From Nitrososphaeria archaeon (GTDB lineage Archaea; Thermoproteota; Nitrososphaeria; Nitrososphaerales; JAAOZN01), in contig JARVJZ010000002.1 in NCBI GenBank assembly GCA_029775855.1, forward strand, positions 224,001-288,000: a DNA stretch of 64,000 nucleotides. The letters run 5' to 3'. How positions within the stretch are numbered: position 1 is the first letter of the stretch; each line of letters begins with the position of its first letter. A model generated the notes under the pieces. The model was not told where the DNA came from. It was given only the letters and a program-made list of their open reading frames with translations, and ran no database searches. Shown here in pieces: positions 47,931-56,859 of this stretch. A program made the translations under genes and the position numbers.

Positions 47931-48305
47931 TGTGGTCTTTCTGTAAATATATCCTGTTCCTATTCTTACTCTTTTTAGCATTCTTTGGTCGACTAATCTG
48001 TTTAGGTAGGTGGATAATGTTGTGAGCTTTATAGGTTGTTGATATTTGCTTTCGTAGGCTTCTTGTAAGTTTGCTGTTGTGAAGTTAGAGGCTGGAAATT
48101 CTTCATCTATTAATGCGCATACTTTTGAGAAGATTGTGTCTACTTCAGTTTTTTCCTCTTCCCTTTCGCCGCCTAGAAACTCATATACTTCTATCAATTT
48201 ATGCATCTTCTCTTTCGATAGAGGGCCTTCTATTGTAAGAGAATATTTACTACCCTCCTCGTCTGTAAATTCAATCTTCATCCTTTTTGGCATATTTTGC
48301 CACAA
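47880..48305 (-). CDS. Hypothetical protein with C-terminal winged helix, divergent from cdc6 across the origin
   Basis: N-terminal beta-rich segment RMKIEFTDEEGSKYSLTIEG; wHTH FTTANLQEAYE...IKLTTLSTYLNRLVDQRMLKR...YIY. The start may be ATG 48293. Confidence 0.78.
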   Translation of the reverse strand: MWQNMPKRMKIEFTDEEGSKYSLTIEGPLSKEKMHKLIEVYEFLGGEREEEKTEVDTIFSKVCALIDEEFPASNFTTANLQEAYESKYQQPIKLTTLSTYLNRLVDQRMLKRVRIGTGYIYRKTTLSTRIPTKNSSTLIRQ

Positions 48306-48464
48306 TAAGATATCAAGTTCAACTTATACATTGAAGGTGTGAAAAAGTGAACAAGTTTGTCAAACCATCATTTACTGAGCCAAATGTAATGTTATTAACT
48401 ACTCTATTACATTATTCACTATTTTACAATTATCAAACTTTTCGCTAACAATCAAGAATATGAT

Positions 48465-48485
48465 TTGCAGTGGAAATGGAGGGGT
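48465..48485 (+). promoter_or_regulatory. ORB element 1
   Basis: TTGCAGTGGAAATGGAGGGGT versus the ORB consensus TTCCAGTGGAAAC-AAAGGGG. Confidence 0.8.
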
Positions 48486-48528
48486 GTGCCAAAACACCTT
48501 TTAACTATTAAATAGGGCATATTTTTGG

Positions 48529-48549
48529 CTCCAGTGGAAATAAAGGGGT
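48529..48549 (+). promoter_or_regulatory. ORB element 2
   Basis: CTCCAGTGGAAATAAAGGGGT, a near-consensus ORB with G-string. Confidence 0.9.
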
Positions 48550-48601
48550 GCCTGTGAACGGTAAGTGCAAGTATATTCACAAATACTAGATAAGAAGGGG
48601 T

Positions 48602-48622
48602 ACCCCTTTGTTTCAGCTGGAG
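48602..48622 (-). promoter_or_regulatory. ORB element 3 (inverted)
   Basis: Reverse complement is CTCCAGCTGAAACAAAGGGGT, facing ORB2. Confidence 0.88.
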
Positions 48623-48769
48623 ATTTCAATTAGGCTTCTTCTTGCTCTTTGTGTGACCGAATTGACATAACAGTCATTATTTTTGCCCAAAACAGAGATA
48701 TAATTTAGATAAAGAAACAAGTACGGGATAGACCAAACAATTCCTCATAATTAACTATTTAGGGGATAC

Positions 48770-48790
48770 TTCCTATGGAAGCGATGGGGT
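48770..48790 (+). promoter_or_regulatory. Degenerate ORB abutting the cdc6 start
   Basis: TTCCTATGGAAGCGATGGGGT immediately before GTG 48791. Confidence 0.55.
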
Positions 48791-50008
48791 GTGCGGCTAA
48801 ACTTGGGTAGTGAAGCAGATCAAAAAAAGATAATTAACTCAATATTTACCAAAGCAGCTGAAGGGTCAAGAATAATAAAGGATGCTGAACCCTTAAGACC
48901 TGATTATGTGCCACCTAAACTTCTTTTCAGAGATGAACAAATTACTGCTGTAGCTCAAATCGTTGCACCTATTCTTAGGAAGCAGCGCTGCTCTAATGTG
49001 CTACTTTACGGTAAAACAGGTACTGGGAAGACTGCTACGGCTCGTCTGGTTCTTAATGAGCTTAGGTTGAAGGCTCAAGAGTTTAAGATTCCTGTTTGTT
49101 TATGTTACACTAATTGTAGACTTGCTGGGACTGAGTACAGGGTTGTTCTAGATCTTGCGGAAAGTGTTGGTGTTAAGATACCCTTCACAGGTTTATCCTT
49201 AGGTGAAGCGTATAGTAGGGTTGCTGCTCAAATATCAGATAATAACTTAAATTTTCTAGTAGTTTTGGATGAGATTGATTATTTGGCTAAAAATTCAACA
49301 GGTAACCTTCTCTATGAGTTAACACGCTCACATGAGAAGTTAACCCCTGGTGGTATATCGTTAATCGGGATCTCCAATGATCTTCGTTTTAAGGAGATGC
49401 TTGATCCGCGTGTTTTGAGCAGTTTAGGTGAAGAAGAGATGGTTTTTCCACCTTATTCAGTCGAAGAGCTTAGACTAATTTTAAAGGAGCGTGTTAAGCT
49501 AGCTTTCAATGATGGCTGTATAACTGAGGGTGCAGTAAACTTATGTGCAGCATTAGCCGGTTCTGAACACGGTGATGCAAGAAGAGCTGTCGATTTACTT
49601 AGGGTGTCTGCTGAAGTCGCTGAGCGTGAAGGAAAGGCTAGGGTAGAAGAACATCATATTAAGATTGCTCTGCAGAAGATGGAGCAAGACCGATTGATAG
49701 AAGCTTTAAGAGTTTTACCGCTTCAAGCTAAGTTGATTCTCTTATCAGTCATAAAATCAGAAGACTCCTCCTCTACAGGCTCTATTTACCAAACATACCT
49801 TAGATTAAGTTCTAGAGTTGGTGTTGAAACACTCACTGCAAGAAGGGTGAGCGGTATACTTTCCGAATTAGATATGCAGGGTTTAATTTCGGCTAATGTT
49901 TTAAGCAAGGGTAGGTATGGTAGATCTAAACGGGTCTCTTTACTTGTATCTAAGCATCTTGTTCTAGATGTTTTAACTCAAGATCCGATTATTGCTGCTG
50001 TAATTTAG
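48791..50008 (+). CDS. cdc6: Orc1/Cdc6 replication initiator
   Basis: LRPDYVP, YGKTGTGKT, VLDEID, GISND, HGDARRAVDLLR and C-terminal wHTH ELDMQGLI...GRYGRS. Confidence 0.97.
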   Translation: MRLNLGSEADQKKIINSIFTKAAEGSRIIKDAEPLRPDYVPPKLLFRDEQITAVAQIVAPILRKQRCSNVLLYGKTGTGKTATARLVLNELRLKAQEFKIPVCLCYTNCRLAGTEYRVVLDLAESVGVKIPFTGLSLGEAYSRVAAQISDNNLNFLVVLDEIDYLAKNSTGNLLYELTRSHEKLTPGGISLIGISNDLRFKEMLDPRVLSSLGEEEMVFPPYSVEELRLILKERVKLAFNDGCITEGAVNLCAALAGSEHGDARRAVDLLRVSAEVAEREGKARVEEHHIKIALQKMEQDRLIEALRVLPLQAKLILLSVIKSEDSSSTGSIYQTYLRLSSRVGVETLTARRVSGILSELDMQGLISANVLSKGRYGRSKRVSLLVSKHLVLDVLTQDPIIAAVI

Positions 50009-51443
50009 TGAAGTCTAAGGTAATGACCTGTAAGGTTGATAGGTCTACTATGGGTAGAATTGCTGGTGTAGGGTTTATACCCATGTCAAGTTGATAACTT
50101 GTCTGGCTCTGCCATGTGCCTGAGTTAATTAGTAAGCATCCACGGTAGCGCTCAGTGTCGAGTATATGTATATGTCCTGTGTGAAATATGTCTGGTATCT
50201 GGTCTATAACCAACAAGTCTTCATAAGTTGGTAAGATCGGTGTCCTTCTGCCGTAAATTGGAGCTAAATGTCTTGCCTTTAATAGGTTCTTCATAGCTAA
50301 AGCAGGGCGCTCCACTTTCAAACCCGGTGTTGTCGCCACAACATCTTCTAAACTTTTACCGTGATACATCAAAACTTTAACTCCTTCTAGCTCAAGCCAT
50401 ACTGGATTGCTTACTAAAACTACATTCGAAAGTTCGCTTAGAGAAGACGCGTACTCTTTAGGTATAGGCGGCTGTGGGATGGATTGCCTAACTGGCTCGT
50501 GATTGCCTGGGCTGATGAAGATTTGTATGTTCTGTGGTATGTTTTTTAAAAGAGCAGCCACTTCATTGAATTGTTGTTTAACATCCGCTGTAATAAGTTC
50601 TTTTTCTTGGTTAGGGTAAACACCAACGCCATCTATGATATCACCACAAATTAGAAGGTAGCGTATTCGTAATGCGATTTCATTGTCTTTTTTGTTAAGC
50701 CAATCAATAAAGGTTTTAAATGCTTGCTTTAAAAAATATTTGTTCCCAATATGTAGATCTGATGTTAGAACCGCGTATAATCTCTTTTTGGAGAGGTTTG
50801 GCACATGTTCAGGTATGTCTGGAAGCGTTATAGAGTCAATTGTGTAAATTTTCTTTCTGATGGGGGTTATTGAAGCGACTACTAGCGCATCTAATGGCGC
50901 TTCTTGTATATTTTTTATTATCGAAACTTCAAATGTTGTGGCTTCTATTTTGTTAGTCAGATCTTCTAAGATTATGGTTGCAGATCCTTTTTTGATTGTC
51001 TTCGAGTAGATTAGACCAGCTACCTTCATAGGTAATTTACTATCTTCTAATCTTGTGATACTTTCTATGTTTCCACTATCTCGCCGCTTTTTTGCCAAGG
51101 CTAACAATTTTTGGTATCTGCTTAGGAAGAGTTGTCTGAAGCCTTCTACTCCGTCAGCGGCCTTCACTTTTTCATAATTTTGTAAAACTTTAAAGTTTAG
51201 AGGTTCGTTTAGTTCTGTTTCATCTATCTTCATTTCGGTATCCTTTTTTGTGGTGAAGCGTTGTATGTCTTCAGCCTTTATCGTTCTGTCCCCTTCTTCG
51301 CCTTTTAATTTAATTACTTCTTCTATAAGCGCACCCACATTAGTTTCTTTTGACATCTGCAGCAGCAGGTTGAATGCTTTAGGCTCAATTTGGTATCCCT
51401 TCGCAACGACTTCCCGTATGAGTTGTGCTGCGTTGTCGGACAT
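49989..51443 (-). CDS. polB: DNA polymerase D small subunit DP1 (proofreading exonuclease)
   Basis: SDLHIG, GDIIDGVGVYPNQ, PGNHE, YHG, RHLAP, HTGHIH and NSGTWQ motifs. Confidence 0.95.
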   Translation of the reverse strand: MSDNAAQLIREVVAKGYQIEPKAFNLLLQMSKETNVGALIEEVIKLKGEEGDRTIKAEDIQRFTTKKDTEMKIDETELNEPLNFKVLQNYEKVKAADGVEGFRQLFLSRYQKLLALAKKRRDSGNIESITRLEDSKLPMKVAGLIYSKTIKKGSATIILEDLTNKIEATTFEVSIIKNIQEAPLDALVVASITPIRKKIYTIDSITLPDIPEHVPNLSKKRLYAVLTSDLHIGNKYFLKQAFKTFIDWLNKKDNEIALRIRYLLICGDIIDGVGVYPNQEKELITADVKQQFNEVAALLKNIPQNIQIFISPGNHEPVRQSIPQPPIPKEYASSLSELSNVVLVSNPVWLELEGVKVLMYHGKSLEDVVATTPGLKVERPALAMKNLLKARHLAPIYGRRTPILPTYEDLLVIDQIPDIFHTGHIHILDTERYRGCLLINSGTWQSQTSYQLDMGINPTPAILPIVDLSTLQVITLDFTKLQQQ

Positions 51444-51522
51444 CGGCTTGCCGCATCCGGTAATATCATAGTTAGGAATAAGATAGATAAAGAATCTTAT
51501 GGTGTTTAATATTTAAGTTTAG

Positions 51523-52095
51523 ATGAGCAGTATCTATGGTGTGAGCGACGCCATAAAGACACTATCTTCAGAATTAGTTTATAACGGGCGTGTAGTCAGT
51601 CTCGTCAAAGATGTGGTGCTTTTACCTTCTGGGCGTAAAACAATAAGAGAAAAAATTATACATCCCGGCGCTGTAGGCATTTTACCTGTATTAAAAGGAG
51701 AGAACCTTATTTTGGTTGAGCAGTTTCGTTATGTAATAAACTCCACCTTGTTGGAGATACCTGCTGGAACGATTGAGGAAAATGAAGCACCTGAGGAGTG
51801 TGCCGCTCGTGAACTTCGTGAAGAAACAGGCTATCAAGCCAGTAAGTTAGAGCTTCTATCAACCTTTTACTTAGCGCCAGGATATAGTACCGAGTTTTTC
51901 TGGCTCTTCAAAGCTAGTGGTCTTAAGCGAGGTAAGGTGAAACCTATGCTTGATGAAACGATTAAAGTTAAGAAGGTTAAACTTGCTGAGGCTTACGACT
52001 TGATTAGAAGAGGTGTAATCAGAGACGCTAAGAGCATATGCGCCATACTACTTTATATTAGAATGAAAAGAAGCAAGGGTGACGCTCAAGATTGA
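51523..52095 (+). CDS. NUDIX hydrolase (ADP-ribose pyrophosphatase-like)
   Basis: HPGAV, QFRY and Nudix box PAGTIEENEAPEECAARELREETG. Confidence 0.92.
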   Translation: MSSIYGVSDAIKTLSSELVYNGRVVSLVKDVVLLPSGRKTIREKIIHPGAVGILPVLKGENLILVEQFRYVINSTLLEIPAGTIEENEAPEECAARELREETGYQASKLELLSTFYLAPGYSTEFFWLFKASGLKRGKVKPMLDETIKVKKVKLAEAYDLIRRGVIRDAKSICAILLYIRMKRSKGDAQD

Positions 52096-52964
52096 GATGT
52101 GAAAAAATACCTCCTTGGATCCGTGTTAAGATACCAGCAGCCGGGCCAATAAAGCGCGTTGAATCTACACTGCGAAGTTTAAATCTGAATACAGTCTGTG
52201 AAAGCGCTTTATGCCCAAATCGAGGCTCGTGCTTCGAAAAAGGAACTGCAACATTCATGATCTTGGGTTCAGTTTGCACCCGTAATTGTCCGTTTTGTGC
52301 AGTCGCTAAGGGAAAGCCTGAGCCCGTTGATGAATCCGAGCCCTTTAGGGTTGCTGAGGCGGTTAAGATTCTCGGGTTAAAACATGTTGTAATTACTTCT
52401 GTTGATAGAGATGATCTTCCTGACAAAGGTGCTGGGCATTTTGCGGCGACAGTGAAAGCGATTAGAAGCGTTAAGAGCGATGTGTCGATAGAGCTTCTTG
52501 TGCCAGACTTTGGCGGCTCTAAAGAGGCGGTTGATATTGTGCTTGATGCTGAACCAACAATCTTAAATCATAATTTGGAGACTGTGCGCCGCCTTCATCA
52601 AGTTATAAAGCCTAAATCAAGTTACCAGCGTTCTCTATGGTTGCTTAAGTATGTAAAAGATAAAGCGCCGAATATTCTCACCAAATCCGGGCTTATGGTT
52701 GGTTTAGGAGAGACTGACGATGAAGTCTTAGACACTATTCGCGACATTAGATCTGCTGGCTGCGACATTTTAACTATAGGGCAGTATCTTAAACCGCCGA
52801 ACAGTAGGCTTGAAGTTAAAAGGTATGTTGAGCCAAGAACCTTCGAATATTATAAAGAGGTTGCTAAGCAGATGGGTTTCATCTTTGTAGCATCAGCGCC
52901 GCTAGTCCGCAGTTCCTATAGTGCTTTAGAAGTCTTTGAGCAAGTGAGGTCTAAGTGTTGCTGA
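52092..52964 (+). CDS. lipA: Lipoyl synthase
   Basis: CESALCPNRGSC, CTRNCPFC, TSVDRDD, NHNLET and VRSSY motifs. Confidence 0.96.
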   Translation: MRCEKIPPWIRVKIPAAGPIKRVESTLRSLNLNTVCESALCPNRGSCFEKGTATFMILGSVCTRNCPFCAVAKGKPEPVDESEPFRVAEAVKILGLKHVVITSVDRDDLPDKGAGHFAATVKAIRSVKSDVSIELLVPDFGGSKEAVDIVLDAEPTILNHNLETVRRLHQVIKPKSSYQRSLWLLKYVKDKAPNILTKSGLMVGLGETDDEVLDTIRDIRSAGCDILTIGQYLKPPNSRLEVKRYVEPRTFEYYKEVAKQMGFIFVASAPLVRSSYSALEVFEQVRSKCC

Positions 52965-53473
52965 TTAATATTAGAGGTAAAGCGCCGAAACTAGGTCAAC
53001 GCGTGTTTGTTGCTGAAAGCGCACATATAATAGGTGATGTGGAAATTGGTGATGACTCAAGTGTGTGGTTTAATGCCGTAATTAGAGCAGAAGCCGAATA
53101 TATTATAGTCGGCAGCGGAACAAGTATACAAGACTGCAGCGTGCTACACACAGATAATGAACATAAAGTTATCATAGGAGACAGAGTCACTATAGGTCAT
53201 GGTGCGATAGTTCATGGCTGCCAAGTCTCTTCTAATTGCATAATTGGAATAGGTGCACGCATTCTTAACGGCGCCAAGATTGGCGAATGGTGTATCATCG
53301 GCTCAGGCGCTGTAGTCACTGAAAACACAGAGATCCCACCATATTCTTTAGCTTTGGGTGTTCCTGCGCGTGTAGTTCGCAGCGTAACTGAAAGTGACCA
53401 AAAGAGGATAGTGAACAGTGCGCTCGAATATATTAAGCTGAAGAATCTTTATCTGAATCAGAGTCAGATATAA
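52955..53473 (+). CDS. Gamma-carbonic-anhydrase family protein (YrdA/PaaY-like)
   Basis: IGDVEIGDDSSVW, IQDCSVLH and GHGAIVHGC hexapeptide repeats. Confidence 0.92.
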   Translation: MLLINIRGKAPKLGQRVFVAESAHIIGDVEIGDDSSVWFNAVIRAEAEYIIVGSGTSIQDCSVLHTDNEHKVIIGDRVTIGHGAIVHGCQVSSNCIIGIGARILNGAKIGEWCIIGSGAVVTENTEIPPYSLALGVPARVVRSVTESDQKRIVNSALEYIKLKNLYLNQSQI

Positions 53474-53693
53474 CTGGAAGTGTGTAGGTGTGTCTAACAC
53501 CATTTATTTGCCTTATACTCTTAGTAACCTTACTTTTAAGGTCAGCTTTCGAAGCATTTCTTATTATCGCTATTATATCATATGAACCCATTATGAAATA
53601 TGCTTCAGAAACCCCCTCTGTTTTCCTTACTGCCTCTAAAACCCTTTTGTCTAAACCTGGTTCCACTTCGATGAGCACATATGCGGACAGCAT
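53433..53693 (-). CDS. Stand-alone Lrp/AsnC ligand-binding (RAM) domain protein
   Basis: AYVLIEVEPG, GSYDII and IRQINGVRHTYT motifs; likely start ATG 53693. Confidence 0.87.
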   Translation of the reverse strand: MLSAYVLIEVEPGLDKRVLEAVRKTEGVSEAYFIMGSYDIIAIIRNASKADLKSKVTKSIRQINGVRHTYTLPVISDSDSDKDSSA

Positions 53694-53743
53694 CTGGAAT
53701 AAACGGCTAAAAAAGGGGTAGTAAAAGTTTTCTGATGCAAGCT

Positions 53744-54385
53744 TCAAATAGAGTTAGAAGATAAGGGGTAGGTTTGAAGCATACTTCTGCTTGCTCTTAT
53801 CTTTGTAGCCAAGCTCTCTATAGAGTGATTTAAAACCTCCTCTTTTATTCTGGTCTGACCTCTTCTTCTATATGGGTCGTTTACATAAAACCAGTCTTCT
53901 TCATAACCACTGACTACTATCCAATGTGGCACATTGTATCTATGCAAGTCATACATGTTCACTAAAACGATTGGAGCCGCTCCGGCATTAAGTGCTTCTT
54001 TGATGTCCGCAACTTTAGGTTTTCTAAATAAGATTTTTGCGCCAAGATTCTTTGACTTCTCGTAAGACAATGCCATGGCGTACTTTGCAATTTGCCCTCT
54101 GTTTTCGCCCCACCTACGCACTATTCGTTTTATCGGTATCGTTTCCTTTCTTTCTGTGACTATTTTGACTCCTATACCTCTCTTTAATAGTGGAATCGAT
54201 AGACCAAAAGCGTCCGAACCCAAAGAGCCTATCATATTACATTCTCTCCAGATTTCAAACTCTTGCCTCTTATTCATCTCAATCTCCTTACCAAATAACT
54301 TCAAAACCATCATAACACAAGCAGGTCCACAAGTAAATTCTGTGCTTTGCCTATAATGTGGGACATCAAGCCTCATTAAACCCAT
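53744..54385 (-). CDS. Peptidase C39-like cysteine protease
   Basis: YRQSTEFTCGPAC, PHWIVVSG and VNDP (Cys-His-Asp). Confidence 0.85.
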   Translation of the reverse strand: MGLMRLDVPHYRQSTEFTCGPACVMMVLKLFGKEIEMNKRQEFEIWRECNMIGSLGSDAFGLSIPLLKRGIGVKIVTERKETIPIKRIVRRWGENRGQIAKYAMALSYEKSKNLGAKILFRKPKVADIKEALNAGAAPIVLVNMYDLHRYNVPHWIVVSGYEEDWFYVNDPYRRRGQTRIKEEVLNHSIESLATKIRASRSMLQTYPLSSNSI

Positions 54386-54805
54386 TTACTCCCCTAAGAT
54401 CTGTAGTATAATATTCCTTGCGCGTGCCCTTATATCAAGCTCAATTAACACTATCTGCTGCCAAGTGCCCAAGCAGAGCCTCTGATTTCTGAATGGAATG
54501 ACTAAACTCGGCCCTAAAAGTGAAGCGCGGACATGAGAATGCCCGTTTCCGTCATGCCACATCTCCTCATGCCTATATTCAATATTTTTCGGCGCTACTC
54601 TCTCTAACATCGCTGGTAAGTCTTTTAGTAAGCCTGGTTCATACTCTATTGTAGTTACAGCTGCCGTCGAGCCGACAACAAAGATCGTTAGTAACCCGTT
54701 TTCTAAACCTGAGGATTTTATTGCTTCCTGTGCTCTATCTGTTAGATCGACTATATCACATTCTCCTTTGGTTTGTATATGGATTTCTTTAGTAACTATC
54801 TGCAT
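54386..54805 (-). CDS. yjbQ: YjbQ/UPF0047 family protein
   Basis: GSTAAVTTIEYE, GNGHSHVRASLLG and LGTWQQI motifs. Confidence 0.92.
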   Translation of the reverse strand: MQIVTKEIHIQTKGECDIVDLTDRAQEAIKSSGLENGLLTIFVVGSTAAVTTIEYEPGLLKDLPAMLERVAPKNIEYRHEEMWHDGNGHSHVRASLLGPSLVIPFRNQRLCLGTWQQIVLIELDIRARARNIILQILGE

Positions 54806-54853
54806 ATTGTCCTCAGCCTACCATTAAGTTGGGTGATGTAAATATGCTGTGTC

Positions 54854-56371
54854 TTATGTTGGTAGTGGTGTCCATCTTTTCAAGAGGTTTATAAGTAGTC
54901 TAACACCCACACCAGTTGCACCCTTCGGTGTATATGGCTTTACCTTCGTCCCATCCTCAGGGGTGTATGCTGTACCAGCTATGTCCAGATGCGCCCAAGG
55001 AGTTGTATTTACAAAGTTGCTTAGAAAGGCTGCTGCTGTTATTGCTCCAGCAGATCTACCGCCTGAATTCTTTATATCTGCGACTTCACTCTTGATCTGG
55101 TCAAAATATTCCTTCCAAAGAGGAAGGGGCCAAACCCTTTCACCACTTACATCAGCTGCCTCCTTGACTTTATTCAGAAGCGCTTCATTATTACTAAAAA
55201 GCCCAGAAGCTTGCGAACCTAAGGCTACTACACACGCGCCAGTTAAAGTCGCTAAGTCAATTATCGCTTGAGGTTTTTCCCTCTCCACAGCATAAGCAAG
55301 CACATCTGCAAGAATAAGACGCCCCTCAGCGTCAGTATTCACAACCTCAGATGTCTTACCACCATAATGCTTTATCACATCACCAGGCTTATAGGCTGAA
55401 CCGCTGGGTAGATTCTCCACGAGAGGAGCTATTGCTACAAGATTTAATGGTAGGTGAAGGTCAGCTGCAGACTGTATAGCTCCTATTACGGCTGCTGCTC
55501 CAGATTTATCGTATTTCATTTCCTCCATCTTTTCTGAAGGTTTAAGTGATATGCCTCCGCTGTCGAAAGTTACTCCTTTGCCTACCAGTACTATGGGCTT
55601 CTCATCTGCTTTCCCCCCTCTGTATCTAAGTATAACCACCTTAGGTTCCTCTTTACTTCCTTTTGAAACATTAAGTATACCACCCATACCCAGATTTTTG
55701 ATCTCTTCTAAACCGAGCACAACACACTCTAAGCCAAACTTCTCAGCTACTTTTTTAGCCTCTTCTAAAACTAAACTTGGTGTCATGTCACTGCTAGGCA
55801 TATTAGCTATATCCCGAGCCCACTTAACGCCTTCACATACCTTCTGAGTCTCTTCTACAACTGGTTTTAACTGCGCAGCCTTCCAATCTTGGTCTACAAT
55901 TAAAATCAATTCTTCAACACTTTTCTTTTCAGAGCGACTCTTATAGCGATTGAAGCTATATAGCGCTAACTCAGCACCTTCAACCACAGACTCTACCATC
56001 TTACGCTCATCGAAGCCAGAGAGACTTGAATCAAACAAAGCATATCTTTGAAACCCAAGACTTGATACCCTTTGAGCAGCTTCAGCAGAAGCTATTCTAA
56101 AGGATTCACTCGTCAAATCCTGCTTTGGCCCTAATCCTACAAGTAGTAAGTAGTCTGGTTTAATTTTACCAGCTGTATATATCAAAAAACTAGTGTAGAG
56201 CTTACCTTTAAAGACCTCTGTGTTTAACGCTTTCATCACACCATTACCCAGCAGCTCATTAATTTCTTGCAGCGGTTGGCTAAGATACGTTGTGTCTTCA
56301 AGTAGAAAGGAAACAAGGACTGTTGCGTCAACATCCTTTGGTTTTACTGATGTAATAGATACTTTCAACAT
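54854..56371 (-). CDS. pepA: Leucyl aminopeptidase (M17)
   Basis: VGKGVTFDSGGISLK, MKYDKSG, NTDAEGRL, ATLTGA and HLDIAG motifs. Confidence 0.96.
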   Translation of the reverse strand: MLKVSITSVKPKDVDATVLVSFLLEDTTYLSQPLQEINELLGNGVMKALNTEVFKGKLYTSFLIYTAGKIKPDYLLLVGLGPKQDLTSESFRIASAEAAQRVSSLGFQRYALFDSSLSGFDERKMVESVVEGAELALYSFNRYKSRSEKKSVEELILIVDQDWKAAQLKPVVEETQKVCEGVKWARDIANMPSSDMTPSLVLEEAKKVAEKFGLECVVLGLEEIKNLGMGGILNVSKGSKEEPKVVILRYRGGKADEKPIVLVGKGVTFDSGGISLKPSEKMEEMKYDKSGAAAVIGAIQSAADLHLPLNLVAIAPLVENLPSGSAYKPGDVIKHYGGKTSEVVNTDAEGRLILADVLAYAVEREKPQAIIDLATLTGACVVALGSQASGLFSNNEALLNKVKEAADVSGERVWPLPLWKEYFDQIKSEVADIKNSGGRSAGAITAAAFLSNFVNTTPWAHLDIAGTAYTPEDGTKVKPYTPKGATGVGVRLLINLLKRWTPLPT

Positions 56372-56464
56372 TTGTCATCGATATATGCTTCGACTCAGAT
56401 GCTTATATCGTTGATGGCTCAACAGCTTTGTAAAAGAACGTTTGCGTAGACGGTTTACTGACGT

Positions 56465-56752
56465 TTACACGCGCTTACCCCTTATCAGCTCAAGCTCTAA
56501 GACAACAACTTTAAAAGGTAACCCGTCTCTGCCAACTACTGTGTCGCGGTCGATATTTGCGACACGTATTTCGACGTCTCTCATGAATCTGCTTTGAAGG
56601 AGTTGAACAACTTCTACAGCCACATTAATGGCACGCCCTCTGGCGCGAATTTTTATCCTTTTTTCGCCATTGTTAAAGAGGGTTATGCAAGCTGTGACAT
56701 AGTTAAGGACAGGTTTAGATGTGCCAACTATCACGAGCTTGGGTTGGTTCAA
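56465..56752 (-). CDS. alba: DNA/RNA-binding protein Alba
   Basis: KPVLNYVTA and IRARGRAINVAVEV motifs. Confidence 0.9.
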   Translation of the reverse strand: MNQPKLVIVGTSKPVLNYVTACITLFNNGEKRIKIRARGRAINVAVEVVQLLQSRFMRDVEIRVANIDRDTVVGRDGLPFKVVVLELELIRGKRV

Positions 56753-56859
56753 CTCCTCCCCTCTTATTAACGCTACAAACCACGCTTATATTAGCAGTGA
56801 GGTATAAGTCTCTTAGAATACTGAAGGCTTAAAAATATGATGTATGTTAATATCTTGCG

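Larger units (their letters stand above)
48306..48790. other. Probable chromosomal replication origin (oriC)
   Basis: 485-bp AT-rich intergenic region upstream of cdc6/orc1, containing ORB elements in both orientations. Confidence 0.88.

Noticed and set aside
42334-50008. Inteins in DP2 or Cdc6
   Set aside because: Lengths are normal and there are no intein splice-junction or LAGLIDADG motifs.
56378-56410. Imperfect inverted repeat upstream of pepA (CGATATATGC...GCTTATATCG)
   Set aside because: A single imperfect AT-rich occurrence overlapping probable TATA sequence; insufficient support.
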